Positions 11,381 through 25,823 of a stretch of DNA of 64,000 bases are shown in pieces. A program made the translations under genes and the position numbers. The stretch's first letter is position 1; each line of letters opens with the position of its first letter. The stretch covers positions 112,220,001-112,284,000 of the forward strand of contig OX597816.1 in NCBI GenBank assembly GCA_951406725.2. Reading direction: 5' to 3'. The notes under the pieces were generated by a model. The model was not told where the DNA came from. It saw only the letters and a list, made by a program, of their open reading frames with translations, and made no database searches. This DNA is from Octopus vulgaris (Eukaryota).

Positions 11381-12162
11381 CCACACTGTAAAAGTGCTAT
11401 CATCTTTCATAGTAATTGATATGCTATTTTACATTGCCCTCTTTTTTAATGCTTTATAGTATTATAGTTGTTTAAAAAACAACAATAAATTAGTAGGTGA
11501 ATTGGTAGAGTTACTAAGATTTAGGATAAAGCACCTTGAGACATTTGTTGTAGCTCTCTATGCTCTATTTTCATACCCCAGTGATGTCAACTTTGCCTTT
11601 CATCCTTTCATCATCAGCATCACCAGCATCATTTAATGTCCACTTTTCCATGCTTCCCTGGGTTGGATGCAGTTTATTTGAGGTACATTTTCTATGGCTG
11701 GATGCCCTTCTTGTCACCAACCTTCACTTGTTGCCAAGCCAAGCAAAGTAATATTTTCCCCATTGTCAGATATGTTCTTGTAGAATATTGGAAATGAATG
11801 AAACTGCTTGTATTACAGTGACACTTATTTACATCTATCACATGACAGTTTCAACGTCAAGAAATATGATACCATAGAAATTGAGCCAAATATCTGGCAA
11901 GTTTGTTCTATGTTTCTGAGATTGCTGGATTTCTGGATATAGGCTAAATATATGTTTAAAGTATAAAATAAATAAATAAAACTAAAGAACAACACTGTTT
12001 TTAACAGATACTAATTAATATACTTCTAAAGCAGTATTTATTTGATCTTTAGTAATCCATTTAAACTTCTTTGAAATATCTGTACATGAAAACTGTTCTC
12101 TGCATAATATATACATTGAAAATTAAATGAAGAAATACAAATAACTTGATTATATTTAACAA

Positions 12163-12427
12163 ATCATCATCATCATCATCATCATTTAGCGTCCGTTTTC
12201 CATGCTAGCATGGGTTGGACGGTTTAACTGGGGTCTGTGAAGCCGGAAGGCTTCATCAGGCCCAGTCAGATCTGGCAGTGTTTCTATGGCTGGATGCCCT
12301 TCCTAACGCCAACCACTCCGTGAGTGTAGTGGGTGCTTTTTACGTGCCACCTGCACAGGTGCCAGACAGAGCTGGCAAATGGCCACGAACGGATGGTGTT
12401 TTTACGTGCCACCGGCACGGGGGCCAG
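12163..12427 (-). mobile_element. 5'-truncated RTE 3' end carrying ~1.5 UTR repeat units
   Basis: Near-identical to 5591-5860. Confidence 0.9.
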
Positions 12428-12599
12428 TTACAAATTATACACGATGAATTCATTATCCACTCTGTGAGCCCAGTGATTCTTATATTGGTCTGCCATTACT
12501 TACATGCTGTATAGTGCAGTCATTTCCAGACACACCATACCAAAAATATATCACAGTCACTATCAGGTGAGTAACATTCACAAGGTGTGAAATAAAATC

Positions 12600-13330
12600 C
12601 ATTTTTTGTGGTATGTATGGGCTGGTCCTTCAAAACTCTGAATTATGCCTTCAGGCATGTTAATTCTATGATATTCATACCCCTATAAGGAATTAATAAC
12701 ATTTGTTTTGTTTTCTCCAAGCTAGTGCTCCTTATATTGAACTATTTCATAGCAATAATTGTATGTGACACCATAAGAAACAAAGTCAATATGCAGTGGA
12801 GTACAACTGTACCTGCCAAGCTATCTTTTTATCAATATTATTTGTATTCATAAGGTTTTTTATGTGCTAATACAATATATTGAATAATGACTGTTCCCAG
12901 CCCTCCATTATTTTTATAAATATATATACATGCACTTGCCCATACTTATTGTTTGTTATCTCTTTTGTGACATATGCACTGAAAACATCATGACCAATAA
13001 ACAAAACAACTATTATTAGTGTTTGAATTACAAGTAGAAATAGTTTTGGGGAGTAGATTCTGTTCCTGGACATTATGTTTTTTCTTGTGACTCAAGTAAG
13101 TGGGTGTCATTAGTTTTTGTTTTGTTATAAACTGTTTTAAAAATGAGATTGTGCTTAATTTTGTATTTTCTGCCCTATTTAGGATGAAATAATTGTTATT
13201 TATTTATTCATTCATTTTGCTTTATTTGAGATGTTTTGAAATTTTTTGCTGGGATACCCTTTATAATAAAAATTTTAGGCATAATCTTCAATGGGGTTTG
13301 GGAGAGAGTTTCATAATTATTCTGAAAAGA
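12600..13330 (-). pseudogene. Highly decayed retroelement coding relic, possibly Penelope-like
   Basis: A-rich minus strand with fragmentary RGYP-like motif; weak. Confidence 0.25.
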
Positions 13331-16289
13331 GAGAAAATTTTATTTGAATAAAAAAAAAAGAGCTAGTGTTTGACAAAACAATGGAAAATAAAAGGATTGT
13401 TTGAGAAATGTCAAATGTGATAGTATGAACAGTAACATGAACTAATCACTGCAAACAGTATCAATAATAGAATAGGTGCCTGTTGGCATCTCTAAAAACA
13501 ACTGCATCATAACTGAGGACAAGGAAGAACTAGATTTATCATAGACTCCAGAAAAATAGGAATAATGAGCGAAGTAGGTCATAAAGAAACGTTTTTCTTT
13601 TCCAAGGAATCTGTCAAAGAAAGGGCAAATAAAATAGTGACATACCTTTGCTTCTCCAGAAAAATAGAAAAGTATTTTACATATCCTAATAAAGGAATCT
13701 GTGGTAGAAAGCTTGTTATATCAGGCTGGTACTAAAAAATAAAGGGAGGGACTGAAAGAATATCAACCCTCTTGCAATACATTGATTGGTGCCTGAATAT
13801 ATGGAGCAATGGAAAGTATAAATCATGGTCAGGAACACAAGGGAGGAAATAGGCCCATCACTAACAGTGACTTTCCTGAGGTATCATCATCATCATCATC
13901 ATCATCATTCGATGTTCATTGTCCATGCTGGCATAGGTTGGATGGTTTGACCAGAGCTGGCAAGCTGGGGAGCTGCACCAGATTCTCCAGTCTGATTTCG
14001 CATGGTTTCTATGGCTGGATGCCTTTCCTAATGTCAGCTAGTATAGGAAAATTGTAAAAGAATGAGAAAATCATGCAGGTCAGGCAGGTAAAATGAAACT
14101 CCAAGTAGCATTGAGTCACAGAGCTGCAGTCCTGGATCAAGCATGGCTGGGTGCCTGGCATCTAGATTGTCACCTGGTCCTCACAGCCATCTGCCAGTCA
14201 GGCAATGTGATTGGTAAAATTCCACTCTGATTTTCAATAGGTAGTTAGTGGCAGATAAGAGAACAATGGTTTGAGGAAGATTTCGAGCATTGCTCAAAAT
14301 CAACTGGCTGGTCTGTTCTGGAAGGCTTATATGAGCCAGGGGCCAGAACTATTTGGCCTGATAGTGCTGATAGGTGGTGGTGGTGGTGGGTGAGGAATTG
14401 CTGGTTCAGAATAAACTCTACGAGTATGGAAAGTCCTGCCTGGGATGCATGCAGAGCAACAAAACAATTCTGCATGAACTCATTTACTGCCTGAGCATTG
14501 CTGATTTATGGAGTTATATTGAACACCTATTGTTGTGTTTGGGATGGGTTTGACTATCAGCTGAGTCCATATTGAAGATTATTCTGCCACCTTTCTTTGA
14601 CCAGGAAGGGCAAGTAGTCTTCAACTGTCTGTTAGCTTTGGTAAAAGAGGCTGTGTGGCAGACTTGACTGAAAGTGTTGAAAACAGATACTTTCCTTTTT
14701 AGCCAAGCCATTATCAATATTTGCAAATTTCACTCGAAAAGGAATGTGAGCACAGTGCTGTCTCACAGCAAATTTGTTCAAATAAAATGAAAGTGGCAAG
14801 GATGAATGAATGAGTCTCCTCTGAGTATGTCCTAGAGGTCAGGATGGCCATGGTTTCCAGAGGTCTCTATGAGTACCCTTTGGAAGTCCCCCTTTTGGAG
14901 AATTATTTCTTGTTGAAATTTTTTTGTTGGCATACTTTAAGTAATACCACATTTTATAATTGTGTACCATCCTTGATATTTGCTTGAGCCTTTAATGTTT
15001 AATAAAGAAAACATTATTATTATCATTATTATTATTATTATTATTATTATAATTGCACACCAGGTAAAATGTTTTGCTACATTTTGGTCATGTTTACATT
15101 CTGAGTTCAAATCTGCTGAGGTCAACTTTTGCCTTTCATCATTTCAAGGATAATAAAATAAGTGCCAGTTGAACACTGGGGGTCAATGTAATCAACTTAC
15201 CCCTCTCACCAAACTTGCTGGCCTCATGCCAAAATCTGAAATCATTATTGTTATTGCTACTACTATTAATACTACTACTAATAGTAGTAGTACAGTTGGT
15301 GGCAGAAATCATTTGTTGGATAATGCCTTGTGTTATTGAGTTCAAAACCTGCTGATTTCAATTTTACATTTCATACTTCTGATGTTGATGAAACATATTT
15401 CCAGTTAAGCACTGAGCTGATTTCATCAACTGCATCCCATTAGTAATCATCATCATCATCATCATTATCATCATATTTTCAGGATATATCATTTACATTA
15501 CAATTGAGATCATTCTTCAAATCTAACATTTTTGGTTAGCAAGGATTGTGATTTTTATAGCTAACATTTTCCTAGCAATATAAAACATTTTTAAAAGTGC
15601 ACTATTTCTGAACCTCTTTCATAAAAGGTTTGCAAGGAAGAAGTTTTTTAATTTGTTCTTCAATTTTTTTTTTATTTAATTACCGTTATAGCTTCCATAA
15701 CCAAAAGTGTTATTCTTATATCTACATTCCACATTATATTCCATTTCCATTTCTAGATATTTATATTTTGAAAAGTTTTCAACCTACATATGTACTTGAG
15801 ATAGTTTTAACACTTGTATAAGGCACATCAAATAATGTACAAGTCCTATTTTTCTTTTGTCTTTTTGGTTTTTTTCTTTTTTGCCTTTTATGATAATATC
15901 ATAAAAGTTTGCTCCTCACTCTTTATATACACATGTGTGTGTGAACATATTTCAGAAAATGGCAATTTCTATTGTAGTTGTTTTTCCCCAATTCTAGCCT
16001 CAAGTTTTTTCTTTTTATGTGCTTCTTCACTTGGAATATTGAATTCTTTACATATTTTCCAGTGTGAGTTAGAATGTCATGTCAATTAATCAAACACACC
16101 GTGTACCTATGGAAGCTTATTATTGAAGTATGTTTATTGAAAACTTACAGTGTTTAGTTAAATTTTGTAAAATTTCTATCAACCTAAAAATTTGCTTACC
16201 TTATCCCTTAAATATTATCATTACCATTGTTACTTCATTTGCATTGTGGTGTTCTTGTTATCACTGGATTGTTTTGTTGCCTCCCTATC

Positions 16290-17598
16290 AGGTTACATGA
16301 CCTCAAGTAGACAGTACTAGTCACAGGATATTTGCTGTTCTCAAAAGTGTTGTCTTTCTCAATGTCATAATTCTAGGACAAATTCCAATAGTATCAAGGT
16401 GTTTCTGAAGAGTTTTTTTGTCTCTGATCCAAGTGCTCCAATTACATCTGGTACCGCTCTTTCTTTACTATTGATGTAATGATCTCCTGGGCAAGCTACA
16501 ACAAACACCTCCTTATAGTATCTTTCTCCACCAAAGTTATGACTGGCTTTGCATGTTCAAAACTTTAGGTGAACTGCTTAGTAGTATTTCGCCTATCTTT
16601 ACATTCTGAGTTCAAATTCTGCCTTGTTCGACTTTGCCTTTCATCCTTTCAGGGTCAATAAATTAAGTACCAGTGAAACACTAGAGTCGATGTTAAGGGT
16701 ACACCAGGCACATGCATCACAAACATATGTGCGCAACATGGTGATCTCATATAAATAGCACATGACCTTGCAGGTGGGACCCAGTTAGAAATTTTTTCAG
16801 ATCGAGTAGCCCATCCCACTCAAAAGGTCCCTGAATAAGGTTTGTTTTAAGGATGATGAACAAAACACCTATGTTTCCAGGACTGTACTTGCCTCTTTTC
16901 TGGTAGATTACTCTGCACTTCTTGAGTCCAAATTCCATTTTAATATCAGTACTAAAACAGTGGACTGTGTTCACCAAGGGACTCACTTGTGTCTCATCTT
17001 TGCCATTCAGTTTTAAATCCTCCATGAAGATGAGGTGGTTGATTGTTTAGGATTTTCCTTTAGTTGGTACCCCAGGTTCATTTTCCTGAGTACCAAGACC
17101 AGGGGTATCATGCAGAGAATGAAAAGCAATGGCAATAAGCTGTAACCCTGAAAAATCCCTCTTCTGATACCCAGGATGCCCATGCTTTTTCCATAAGATG
17201 TCAGTTCATTTTTCCATTCTATCGTACTTCTCTTCCGGAAATACATTACATTCCTCACAATTCCAAAAGATCTAAGCACCTGATGATCCACGAATGCGGA
17301 ATCATATAAGCTTTGCGATAGTCAATCTAGGCCATTTCCAGATTTGTTTTCCTTCATTTAAAATCTTGCATTACCATTTTGTCTATCAGTAGCTGATCTT
17401 TGGTACCTCTGCATCTCCAGCAGCCTTTTTTTTTTTTCTTTCTGGCAGTATTATATCGTTTGCATTCAAGAAATTTATACAGTTCTTCTGTAATTCCTCC
17501 TGACAGTAACTTCCACATTAATGGGAGGTGGGAAATTGGTCTGTAATTGTCAGCAACATTCCCTTTGATACATCCTTCAGGCACAACACCGTTCATGG
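16290..17598 (-). mobile_element. Decayed R4/Dong-like non-LTR element (RT), interrupted by a SINE and an unknown repeat
   Basis: [49 protein letters not shown]; abuts (ATT)n at 17599. Confidence 0.8.
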
Positions 17599-17645
<47 letters not shown>

Positions 17646-17819
17646 CATTATTATTATTGTTATTATCCTCCTCATCATCATCATTGTCATTATTGTTGTT
17701 GTTATTGTTGTTGCTGTTGTTGCTGCTGCAGCTGCTGCAGTTGCTGTTGTTGTTTTTGCTGTATCAACAACATGTATTTTAGCATTTCTCCATTAGTTTT
17801 CATTTATTCATATATCTAG

Positions 17820-18210
17820 TTGTTGAGGTGGTTTGGCTACATGGAGAGGATGGCTGAGGAGTGGATGGTAAGGAGAGCGATGAAGGCAAAAGTGGTAAGC
17901 AGCAGAACCAGAGGCAGACCTTGGTTTCTGTGGATGGATGGAGTGAGGAAAGCTTTGGAGGTCAGAGGTGTTGGATTGAGAGAGACAAGAGAGTTTATAA
18001 ATGATAGGAAAGCTTGGAGAGTGTTTGTGGACAGATGAGTGAATTTTGATGTTGCTCAAAGTGGTACAGAACCAGCATGATGCAGCAGGGGTAAACCAGC
18101 ATGATGCAGCAGGGGCAAACCAGCATATGTTGCCAGGCCCTGCTGCTTATATTGGGGGCTGTGTTTTATGCCTTGACCCAAGCATGAAACAGGGCTCACC
18201 TCTCTAGATA
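17820..18210 (+). mobile_element. 3' fragment of a second RTE-family LINE
   Basis: LRWFGYMERM...RGRPWFLWMDGV...DRKAWR followed by a UTR with short repeats. Confidence 0.75.
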
Positions 18211-19249
18211 CATTTCTAATGTTAATATATATATTATTTACATGTAAGGCAGTGACCTGGCAGAATTGCTAACATGCCAGGCAAAATGCCAAGAGACTTT
18301 TCATGTCTTCATTCTGAGTTAAAATTCCATTGAGGTTGACTTTGCCTTTCATCCTTTTGAGGTCAATAACATAAGTACTAGTTGAGCACTGACATCAATG
18401 TTATCGACTTACCCCTCTACTAAAACTGCTGGGTCAACATTTGAAACCAATATACATTATTTATATGTAAGGCAACAAGCTGGCAGAATTGTAAGCACAC
18501 TAGGCAAAATGCTTAGCAGCCTTTCTTTTTTCTTTAAATTTAAGTTCAAATTTCACAGAGATCGATTTTACTGTTCGTCTTTTCTGGGTTGATAAAATAA
18601 TACCAGTTTAGTACTGGGGGTTGATGTAATCAACTTAATCCCTTTCCCCAAAATTGCTGGCCTTGTCCCAAAATTTGAAACTAATATATGATATTTACAT
18701 GTTGTTGAGCCCATTGGGATGGTCAGCTCATTTGTTTCTTATTCCTTTGAGACCCCAAAAATTTTTGTTTTTGAAATGCAGATTTGAAATACTATGACAT
18801 CTTTAACAACCAGACAGCTGAAGGGAGTGGGATATAATTTTGAAAGGTGAGTGGAACAAACCAGTTGATTAATGATCGAAGACTTTCGTCTTAAAGTACA
18901 AAGTCTAAAAAAAAACTACATGAGTGGAAAAAGCAGCAGCAACAACAACAACATCAATCTGTCAAACACCACCAACAACACCAACACTGTCTCTATTCTA
19001 GCAGTTAGCAACTATGACACCAGTAACAATGCAGCTTGCAAAGAAATGTGTTGCAACAAAGAAAGCACACACATCCACATACACCATCAGTACCATCACC
19101 ACTACTGCGGTTGCTGGTAGTGACAACAACAATAACAATATCAATAGAATAACAAAGCAAACAAAAGAAGTGACTATAAAGAAAACAACTCATCACCACT
19201 GCCACCACATCTATTATTGCTGCTAACACTATGATCGCTACTAGCACCA

Positions 19250-21340
19250 CACGACAACCAATGTGACAACCCAAAGCAATACCATAAAGGTGAAATGTTT
19301 TGCAAAAGTGGGAATACATATCTTACAGGTTTCTATAATGGACAAATATCAGTTTCAAAAATGCAGAACATCTACTAAAAATCTGCAAGCAAGAAACTAA
19401 TTTGTGAATGCATGAATAAATGGAAAAGACTGCCAAACAAACTATCACCTACAAATATGTCGCATGGCAAATCTAATGTATAGAGATGGTCACACACCCA
19501 ATTAGAAAGGTACTTGCATGACAAATAGGTGGATATAGATTTCACCACTAGGACCTGACAATTTGGTACTGTCAAAGAACAATTTTTCATCAATGTCCTT
19601 ACAGGAAAGCAGCCCATTGTTTCCTGCATAAGCAAGGAAGTTGTCCTTCTTTCTCACATATTTGGCAAGATGGAACGTATTTGTAAAAATATCCACCATG
19701 CACCAGAACTAAATATCTAGTGGATTGTAGTATGCATTGTACTGGAAAGAAGTGACACTCTCCTAATCATAAAAAAATATAGGTAGGAGAATTGGGCCAA
19801 CAGGACTGGATACTCTAAACAAATGAAACCAGAACACCTGAAAACGCTCCCAGATATAGTTTAACAGCTGAGTGGAGCAGAACCCCAGATTATGGTAGAT
19901 GACAGAAGACCCAGGTGACACCAACCATCTGAAAGCCTTCTGTGTAAATGGATATTAAAAGTATGGATGCCATCACTGCTTTCAATATTAGCAATACAAC
20001 AGAAACAACAACATCAATTACAGTGTGCAATTATACCAGCAGGAATGGCAGCAGCTGCAGCAACATCTACAACAATAAAATAAGCAACAGATGCAAAAAA
20101 TAATAGCAGCAGCAGCAACACCAAAAACAGAAGTGTCAATGAAGATAGCCAGAGAATCCTTGTGACAGCAACAGAAACATTTCCAATATCAGCAACAGAA
20201 TTTTCCAGCTTTATCACAACACTATAAGATACATCCTTCCTCTTTCAGATCACAAAGATAGGTTCTATAACAAGGATGACAAGGATGAAGATGGAGAAAA
20301 GTGAAAAAGAATAAAATAAATCTGCCCTTACAAGAAGCTGGGAGACTTGATGGGGTGAAAACCAATCCATCACCACCTCTGCAAACATCAGAACACAACT
20401 CAATTTACACCCAAACCAACAACAAAAACACAAGCAAAGAAACATCATAAACTACACAGCCATAGACACAAACAACAAATAATTAACATAATATATATAT
20501 ATATATATATATAATAACTTCATCACACCAACGAATAGCATATCAACAAATCTAAAAATTCCTCTAAGCAGCATTGAATACATACAACATTTTGAAAAAA
20601 CAAATACCTCAAAAGAATTGATTTCATAAAGAATACTAGAAAAAAACTATACAAAGACTTGCTTATAGAAACATCCACAACAAGCCAGAGGTATGGAACA
20701 CCTGTCCTTCCACAGGCTTATAGAAACATCCACAACAAGCCAGAGGTATGGAACACCTGTCCTTTCACAGTATTAATGCAAGATATCCTTATCCCTTCTC
20801 CCCTTACTTAGAATAGACAGTGGGAATACACATGGCCTGGTACCATGTTGGAAGCAAACCAACCTGATCATTAAACTCGAGTCACTAGACAAAGATGTGG
20901 TGGCCATCAGCAAGACCAGAGTTCCCGATGCACAAGCCTTAACACCCAGTTTCCAATGGCTCAAAGTATACACATTCAAAGTTAACAGGGTTGTGAAGCA
21001 ACATTACTACATTATTTCAGAAAGCTCTGGATCTCACAATACAGCCTATCTTCCTGACTCAGACAGTAAGTTGGTAGTGTTGGACTTGACCAGCAGCAAA
21101 GGGTACATCTTCTGACTGGTAGCCATCTATGCCCCAACAGGGATGGGGCAGCCAGATTTCTTTAGGTATCAACAGTTTTTTCCCCAAGACATCCCACTTT
21201 TTATCACTAGTGGAATATTAGAATAGCATCTTGGATGTATTTTAGGTCTGTGTTGGGCCATCTGAAATGACAGGGTATGCAAAAGCCTCACAAACCTGCT
21301 CAAAATGTTTCCAACTGGATTTCCCATATGTGTTAATGTG
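19250..21340 (+). mobile_element. Decayed Tx1/L1-like element (putative ORF1 remnant and APE start)
   Basis: DVVAISKTR and KLVVLDLTSSKGYIF*LVAIYAPTG at 20890-21145 match the L1/Tx1 endonuclease; upstream part weak. Confidence 0.45.
20657..20770 (+). repeat. Tandem duplication of a ~55-bp unit
   Basis: GCTTATAGAAACATCCACAACAAGCCAGAGGTATGGAACACCTGTCCTT(C/T)CACAG twice. Confidence 0.9.
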
Positions 21341-22884
21341 GGCATGAACAAACTACATTATGACCTCCAGATCGTAAAGTGTTAGAGAATTCTGTAGGCC
21401 AATAGATGGGGATAACATAGATTGCTTACAATATGTCAATGGTCCATATTGTTTAAAACAGCAATACCCAGAAGATGTTGAATGATTTTCTAGCATGGCT
21501 ATAAAGAAAATAATGATTAAGTGTACTTTGAGAAACATCTGGTCTCAGTATAATGAGCTAATATTAATAAATGAGTGACAGGTGAGCAGAATTGTGAGAT
21601 GCTCTGATACAATGTACCTGGTGGATTTTCACACATATGTAGTACATCTATCTTGTGTTTACATTGCTTAAAGTGGATCAAGGTTTATTTATTCTGTGTT
21701 TCTATATAATTTTATTTTATTTTGTATTCCTTAATCTTTGCCAGATTCTTAATATGCACATTGTATAACATTCTTATCCCTCTCCTCAGTATTGTATAAC
21801 TTTGCCTTGTCCATCCCCACATCCATAATGTAATGTTTTATTTATAATGTATGTATGTATGTATGTATGTATGTATGTATGTATGAATGAATGAATGAAT
21901 GAATGGATGGATGGATGGATGGATCGGGGCGTCCTTATGCTGAATAAATAAATTATTATTGCTGGTATTGTTATTGTATCCTGGGCAAGATCCAACATGT
22001 TGTCAAGCAGCTCTATGAAATTTGGATTATTACCAAGTTTTACAGGATGAATTTATTTTTATTGTAAACAAGGTACTTCAGAATGTGTGAACATTTATTT
22101 CAATACCCAAAGTAGGCAAAAGTTCTGTGTTTTAGACATTCTTTGACTTACTTGTATTTATATTTTATTCAATATGCCACAGGTGCTTTTAAAAAGAAGG
22201 AAATACAGAATATTCTCCCTCAAAATAAAATGATAAAATAATCTTGTAATACATAATAACAAAGTTTTTAAAATTTACAATTTTAAAAAATAGACAGAAA
22301 TCATAACGAAGTAAATAGATATACTTACCAACAAATAGTTGCGATGTTACACCAAAAACAAATTAAACAAAACAAAAGTAATAACAACAACAATACAATC
22401 TTTTGATTTTAACAAATGAAATCACACTTTCTTTGCTAGCATCATAATCCATATACTTTTTTCTGCATCAGGTATTTTGCAACTTTTTCTTGCTTCTGCT
22501 TGGCCAAAGCATCGCTTTCAAAGTATGCGCTAATATCTCATTTGTTAGACCAAGATAGAATATTTTTGTTGTCAATATTGCTGTCTCGGTGAAGCCTTCA
22601 GACACTATAGACACACATGCACTTTTGTTGGTGTGAATGCAGCCTCTCTTCTGATGACCTGCTAGGATAGAGTTGTGCACGACTTCTCTGGGTCTAAATC
22701 TTCAATAATATGTTTGGGAATACATTCTGGAAACCACATTACTTAAGAACTGCTGTACTTGAATGACTAGGAGAAGGGAGATTCTTTCTCACCTACCTCA
22801 ACATTCAAGTTGTTATTTCTGTGGTTCTTGTTGTTGCTCTTGTTATTTCGGTAATTCTGCTATTCTTGTTATTTTGAAAAATCC

Positions 22885-23107
22885 TTACTCTTTTACTCTT
22901 TTACTTGTTTCAGTCATTTGATTGTGGCCATGCTGGAGCACCACCTTTTAGTCGAGCAAATCAACCCCAGGACATATTCTTTGTAAGCCTAGTACTTATT
23001 CTATCGGTCTCTTTTGCTGAACTGCTAAGTTACGGACATAAACACACCAGCATTGGTTGTCAAGCAATGTTGGGGGGACAAACACAGGCAGACAAACATA
23101 TAGACAC

Positions 23108-23149
<42 letters not shown>

Positions 23150-23330
23150 ATACATATATATATACATATATACGACGGGTTTCTTTCAGTTTCCGTCTAC
23201 CAAATCCACTCACAAGTCTTTGGTCAGCCCGAGGCTATAGGAGAAGACACTTGCCCAAGGTGCCACACAGTGGGACTGAACCTGGAACCATGTGGTTTGT
23301 AAACAAGCTACTTACCACACAGCCACTCCT
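22885..23330 (-). mobile_element. Full-length tRNA/CORE-like SINE (family C) with internal microsatellite and (GTAAAAGA)n tail
   Basis: Head GGAGTGGCTGTGTGGTAAG...GGTTCAGTCCC; core ACCTTGGGCAAGTGTCTT; tail GGTGCTCCAGCATGGCCAC...TGACTGAAACAAGTAAAAGAGTAAAAGAG. Confidence 0.85.
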
Positions 23331-23968
23331 ACACCTTAGAAAATAAACTAATGGATTCTGGGATTTCATCAATCAAATCAATATATACGAGTTGTTTTTT
23401 TTTGCTTGTTTGTCTTTTATTGCTATTCATAGGCTTACAGGTTCACTGGGTGTTTTTAAGATTAATGGTTACAAATACCTAGATGCAGGGTACAGAGAAG
23501 TGGCAGATAGTCCACATCATGGAATGCACTGATCAGATGGTGGATTCTTACCCAAAAATTAGGCAGGTTACTCTCTCTTGCTTTGTGTTCTTTTTATTAT
23601 ATTTTATTTCGTTATATTTGTATACTTTTATCTTTTACTTGTTGTACTCATGGAACTGCAGTAAGTTGGTACAATCATAAGCATACCAGACAAAATGCTT
23701 AACAACAATTTGCTCTTTACATTCTGAGTTCAAATTCCACTGAGGTCAGCTTCACCTTTCATCTCTTCAGAGTCAATAAATTACATACCAGTTGTGTAGT
23801 GGGGTCAACATAATTGACTATCCCCCTCCCATAAAATTTCAGACCATGTGCCTGTAGTAAAAAGGGTCATTGTTATTATTATTATAATTGTAATCATTAT
23901 TAAGGAAACAAACTGGCAGAATCGTTTGTACATCGTGCAAAATGCTTAAATGGTATTTCATCTGTTGC

Positions 23969-24208
23969 GGCGATGCTGGCGGCGAGCTGGCAGAAACGTT
24001 AGCACGCCGGGCGAAATGCTTAGCAGTATTTCGTCTGCCGCTACGTTCTGAGTTCAAATTCCGCCGAGGTCGACTTTGCCTTTCATCCTTTCGGGGTCGA
24101 TTAAATAAGTACCAGTTACTCACTGGGGCCGATGTAATCGACTTAATCTGTGTGTCTGTCCTTGTTTGTTCCCTCTGTGTTTAGCCCCTTGTGGGTAGTA
24201 AAGAAATA
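23969..24208 (+). mobile_element. Young SINE (family A) nested in an older family A copy, 17-bp TSD
   Basis: CpG-rich copy with TGGCAGAA and GAGTTCAAATTCC boxes and GCCTTTCATCCTTTCGGGGTCGA core; TSD GGTATTTCATCTGTTGC at 23952-23968 and 24209-24225. Confidence 0.9.
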
Positions 24209-24420
24209 GGTATTTCATCTGTTGCTATGTTCTGAGTTCAAATTCCACCGAGGTCAACTTGATCTTTCATCCCTTTAGGGCCGATAAATTAAGTACCTGT
24301 GAAACACTGGAGTCAATGTAATTGACTTAACCTCTCCCCACAAATTTCAGGCCTTCCTTGTGCCAGTAGTAGAAAGGATTATTATTATGATTATTACTAT
24401 TATCATTATTATTATTGTTA

Positions 24421-24470
<50 letters not shown>

Positions 24471-24481
24471 GTTGTTGTTAT

Positions 24482-25325
24482 CTTTTTTTTTCTTCTTTCA
24501 AATTTGCTTCCATTTCTTTCCGAGTGTCTTCCCGACTCCTAGGGCAAAGAAACTCATAGTATACATTGGTAGGCCATTAAACTAAACTCACTAGTTCGTT
24601 CATTTTTTTTTTTTTTCAAGTTAAATTAGAATACATGGGTAGTAATAGTTCTCACATCGACGATGCTCTTCTCAATACGTGTGATGTACCAGTTAAGACA
24701 ATCTTTTGCACTTCTTGCAGGGATGGTAAGCCAGGGATCATTCTCATATAATTTTCGGTTCCCTTCTTGATCATTGCTAGTGCTCCTACGATTACTGGTA
24801 TTGTAACCGCCTTGAGATGCCACATTTTCTCAATTTCAATGAGCAGGTCTTTATATTTTCTGAGCTTGTCAAACTCTTTCGCCGAGATATTATGATCGCA
24901 GGGGATGCTCATGTCGATCAATAAGCAAACTTTATTGTTTTGGTCTTTCACAACAATATCCGGTTTATTGGCTTTGATGGTTCGGTCTGTATGTACTGGA
25001 AAGTCCCACAGAATCGTTACATTTTCTCCTTCAGTTACAGCTTCAGAGTGGTGATTATACCACTTGTCGGCAGTTTTGATATTGTAATGCCAACTTATTA
25101 GCCAGTGTAGATATTGGCCAACTCTGTCATGTCTTAATTTATACTCCACTGGTGCTAAGACTAGGTGGTCCACTGTTTCAATCATGTCGTTGCAGAATCA
25201 GCATTTTGGGTCTGCTCCATTTTTCATCACATTGGCCTGGTAGTTCCGGGTTAATAGGCTTTGATCTTGAGCAGCCAGGATGAAACCTTCGCTCTCTGCT
25301 TTTAGCCCTGAGCTCCGTAGCCACA
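24482..25325 (-). mobile_element. 5'-truncated R4/Dong-clade element (CCHC knuckle + restriction-like endonuclease) in (TAA)n
   Basis: AESEGFILAAQDQ, C*FC..ETVDHLV, RHD, KPDIVV..LIDMSIP..K..KY, VIVGALA; ATT repeats on both flanks. Confidence 0.92.
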
Positions 25326-25351
25326 TATTATTGTTATTGTTATTGTTATTA

Positions 25352-25399
<48 letters not shown>

Positions 25400-25602
25400 C
25401 AGAAATTCTTTGCCAGGTAGCACTACTAAGGGGTAATACTGGTTCAAAACAAACACTACATGCACAGGAATGCCATGACTGTCTAAGAAGCATATGAAAC
25501 AACAAAACTATTCTGCATGCGTTCATTTTGTGTCCACAACATTGGTGGTTTGTAGAGTCATATTAAACAGCTACTGTCATGTGTTGTATTGATATAGTTA
25601 TT

Positions 25603-25823
25603 CATTTTTTTTATTGCCCCTAGGGGGCTAAACATAGAGGGACAAACAAGGACAGACAAAGAGATTAAGTTGATTACATCTACCCCAGTGTGTAACTGGT
25701 TCTAATTTAATTGACCCCAAAAGGATGAATGGCAAAGCCGACCTTGGCGGAATTCGAACTCAGAACATAATGGTAGATGGAATACTGCTAAGTATTTCAC
25801 CCAGTGTGCTAACGATTCTGCCA
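25603..25823 (-). mobile_element. SINE family A copy with 12-bp TSD
   Basis: TSD GATATAGTTATT at 25591-25602 and 25824-25835. Confidence 0.8.

Noticed and set aside
23433-23567. Exon-like segment with acceptor and donor
   Set aside because: All three frames contain stops across the segment and no recognisable protein.
23978-24070. tRNA gene (also other A/B-box hits)
   Set aside because: No full cloverleaf; continues into a multicopy SINE body.
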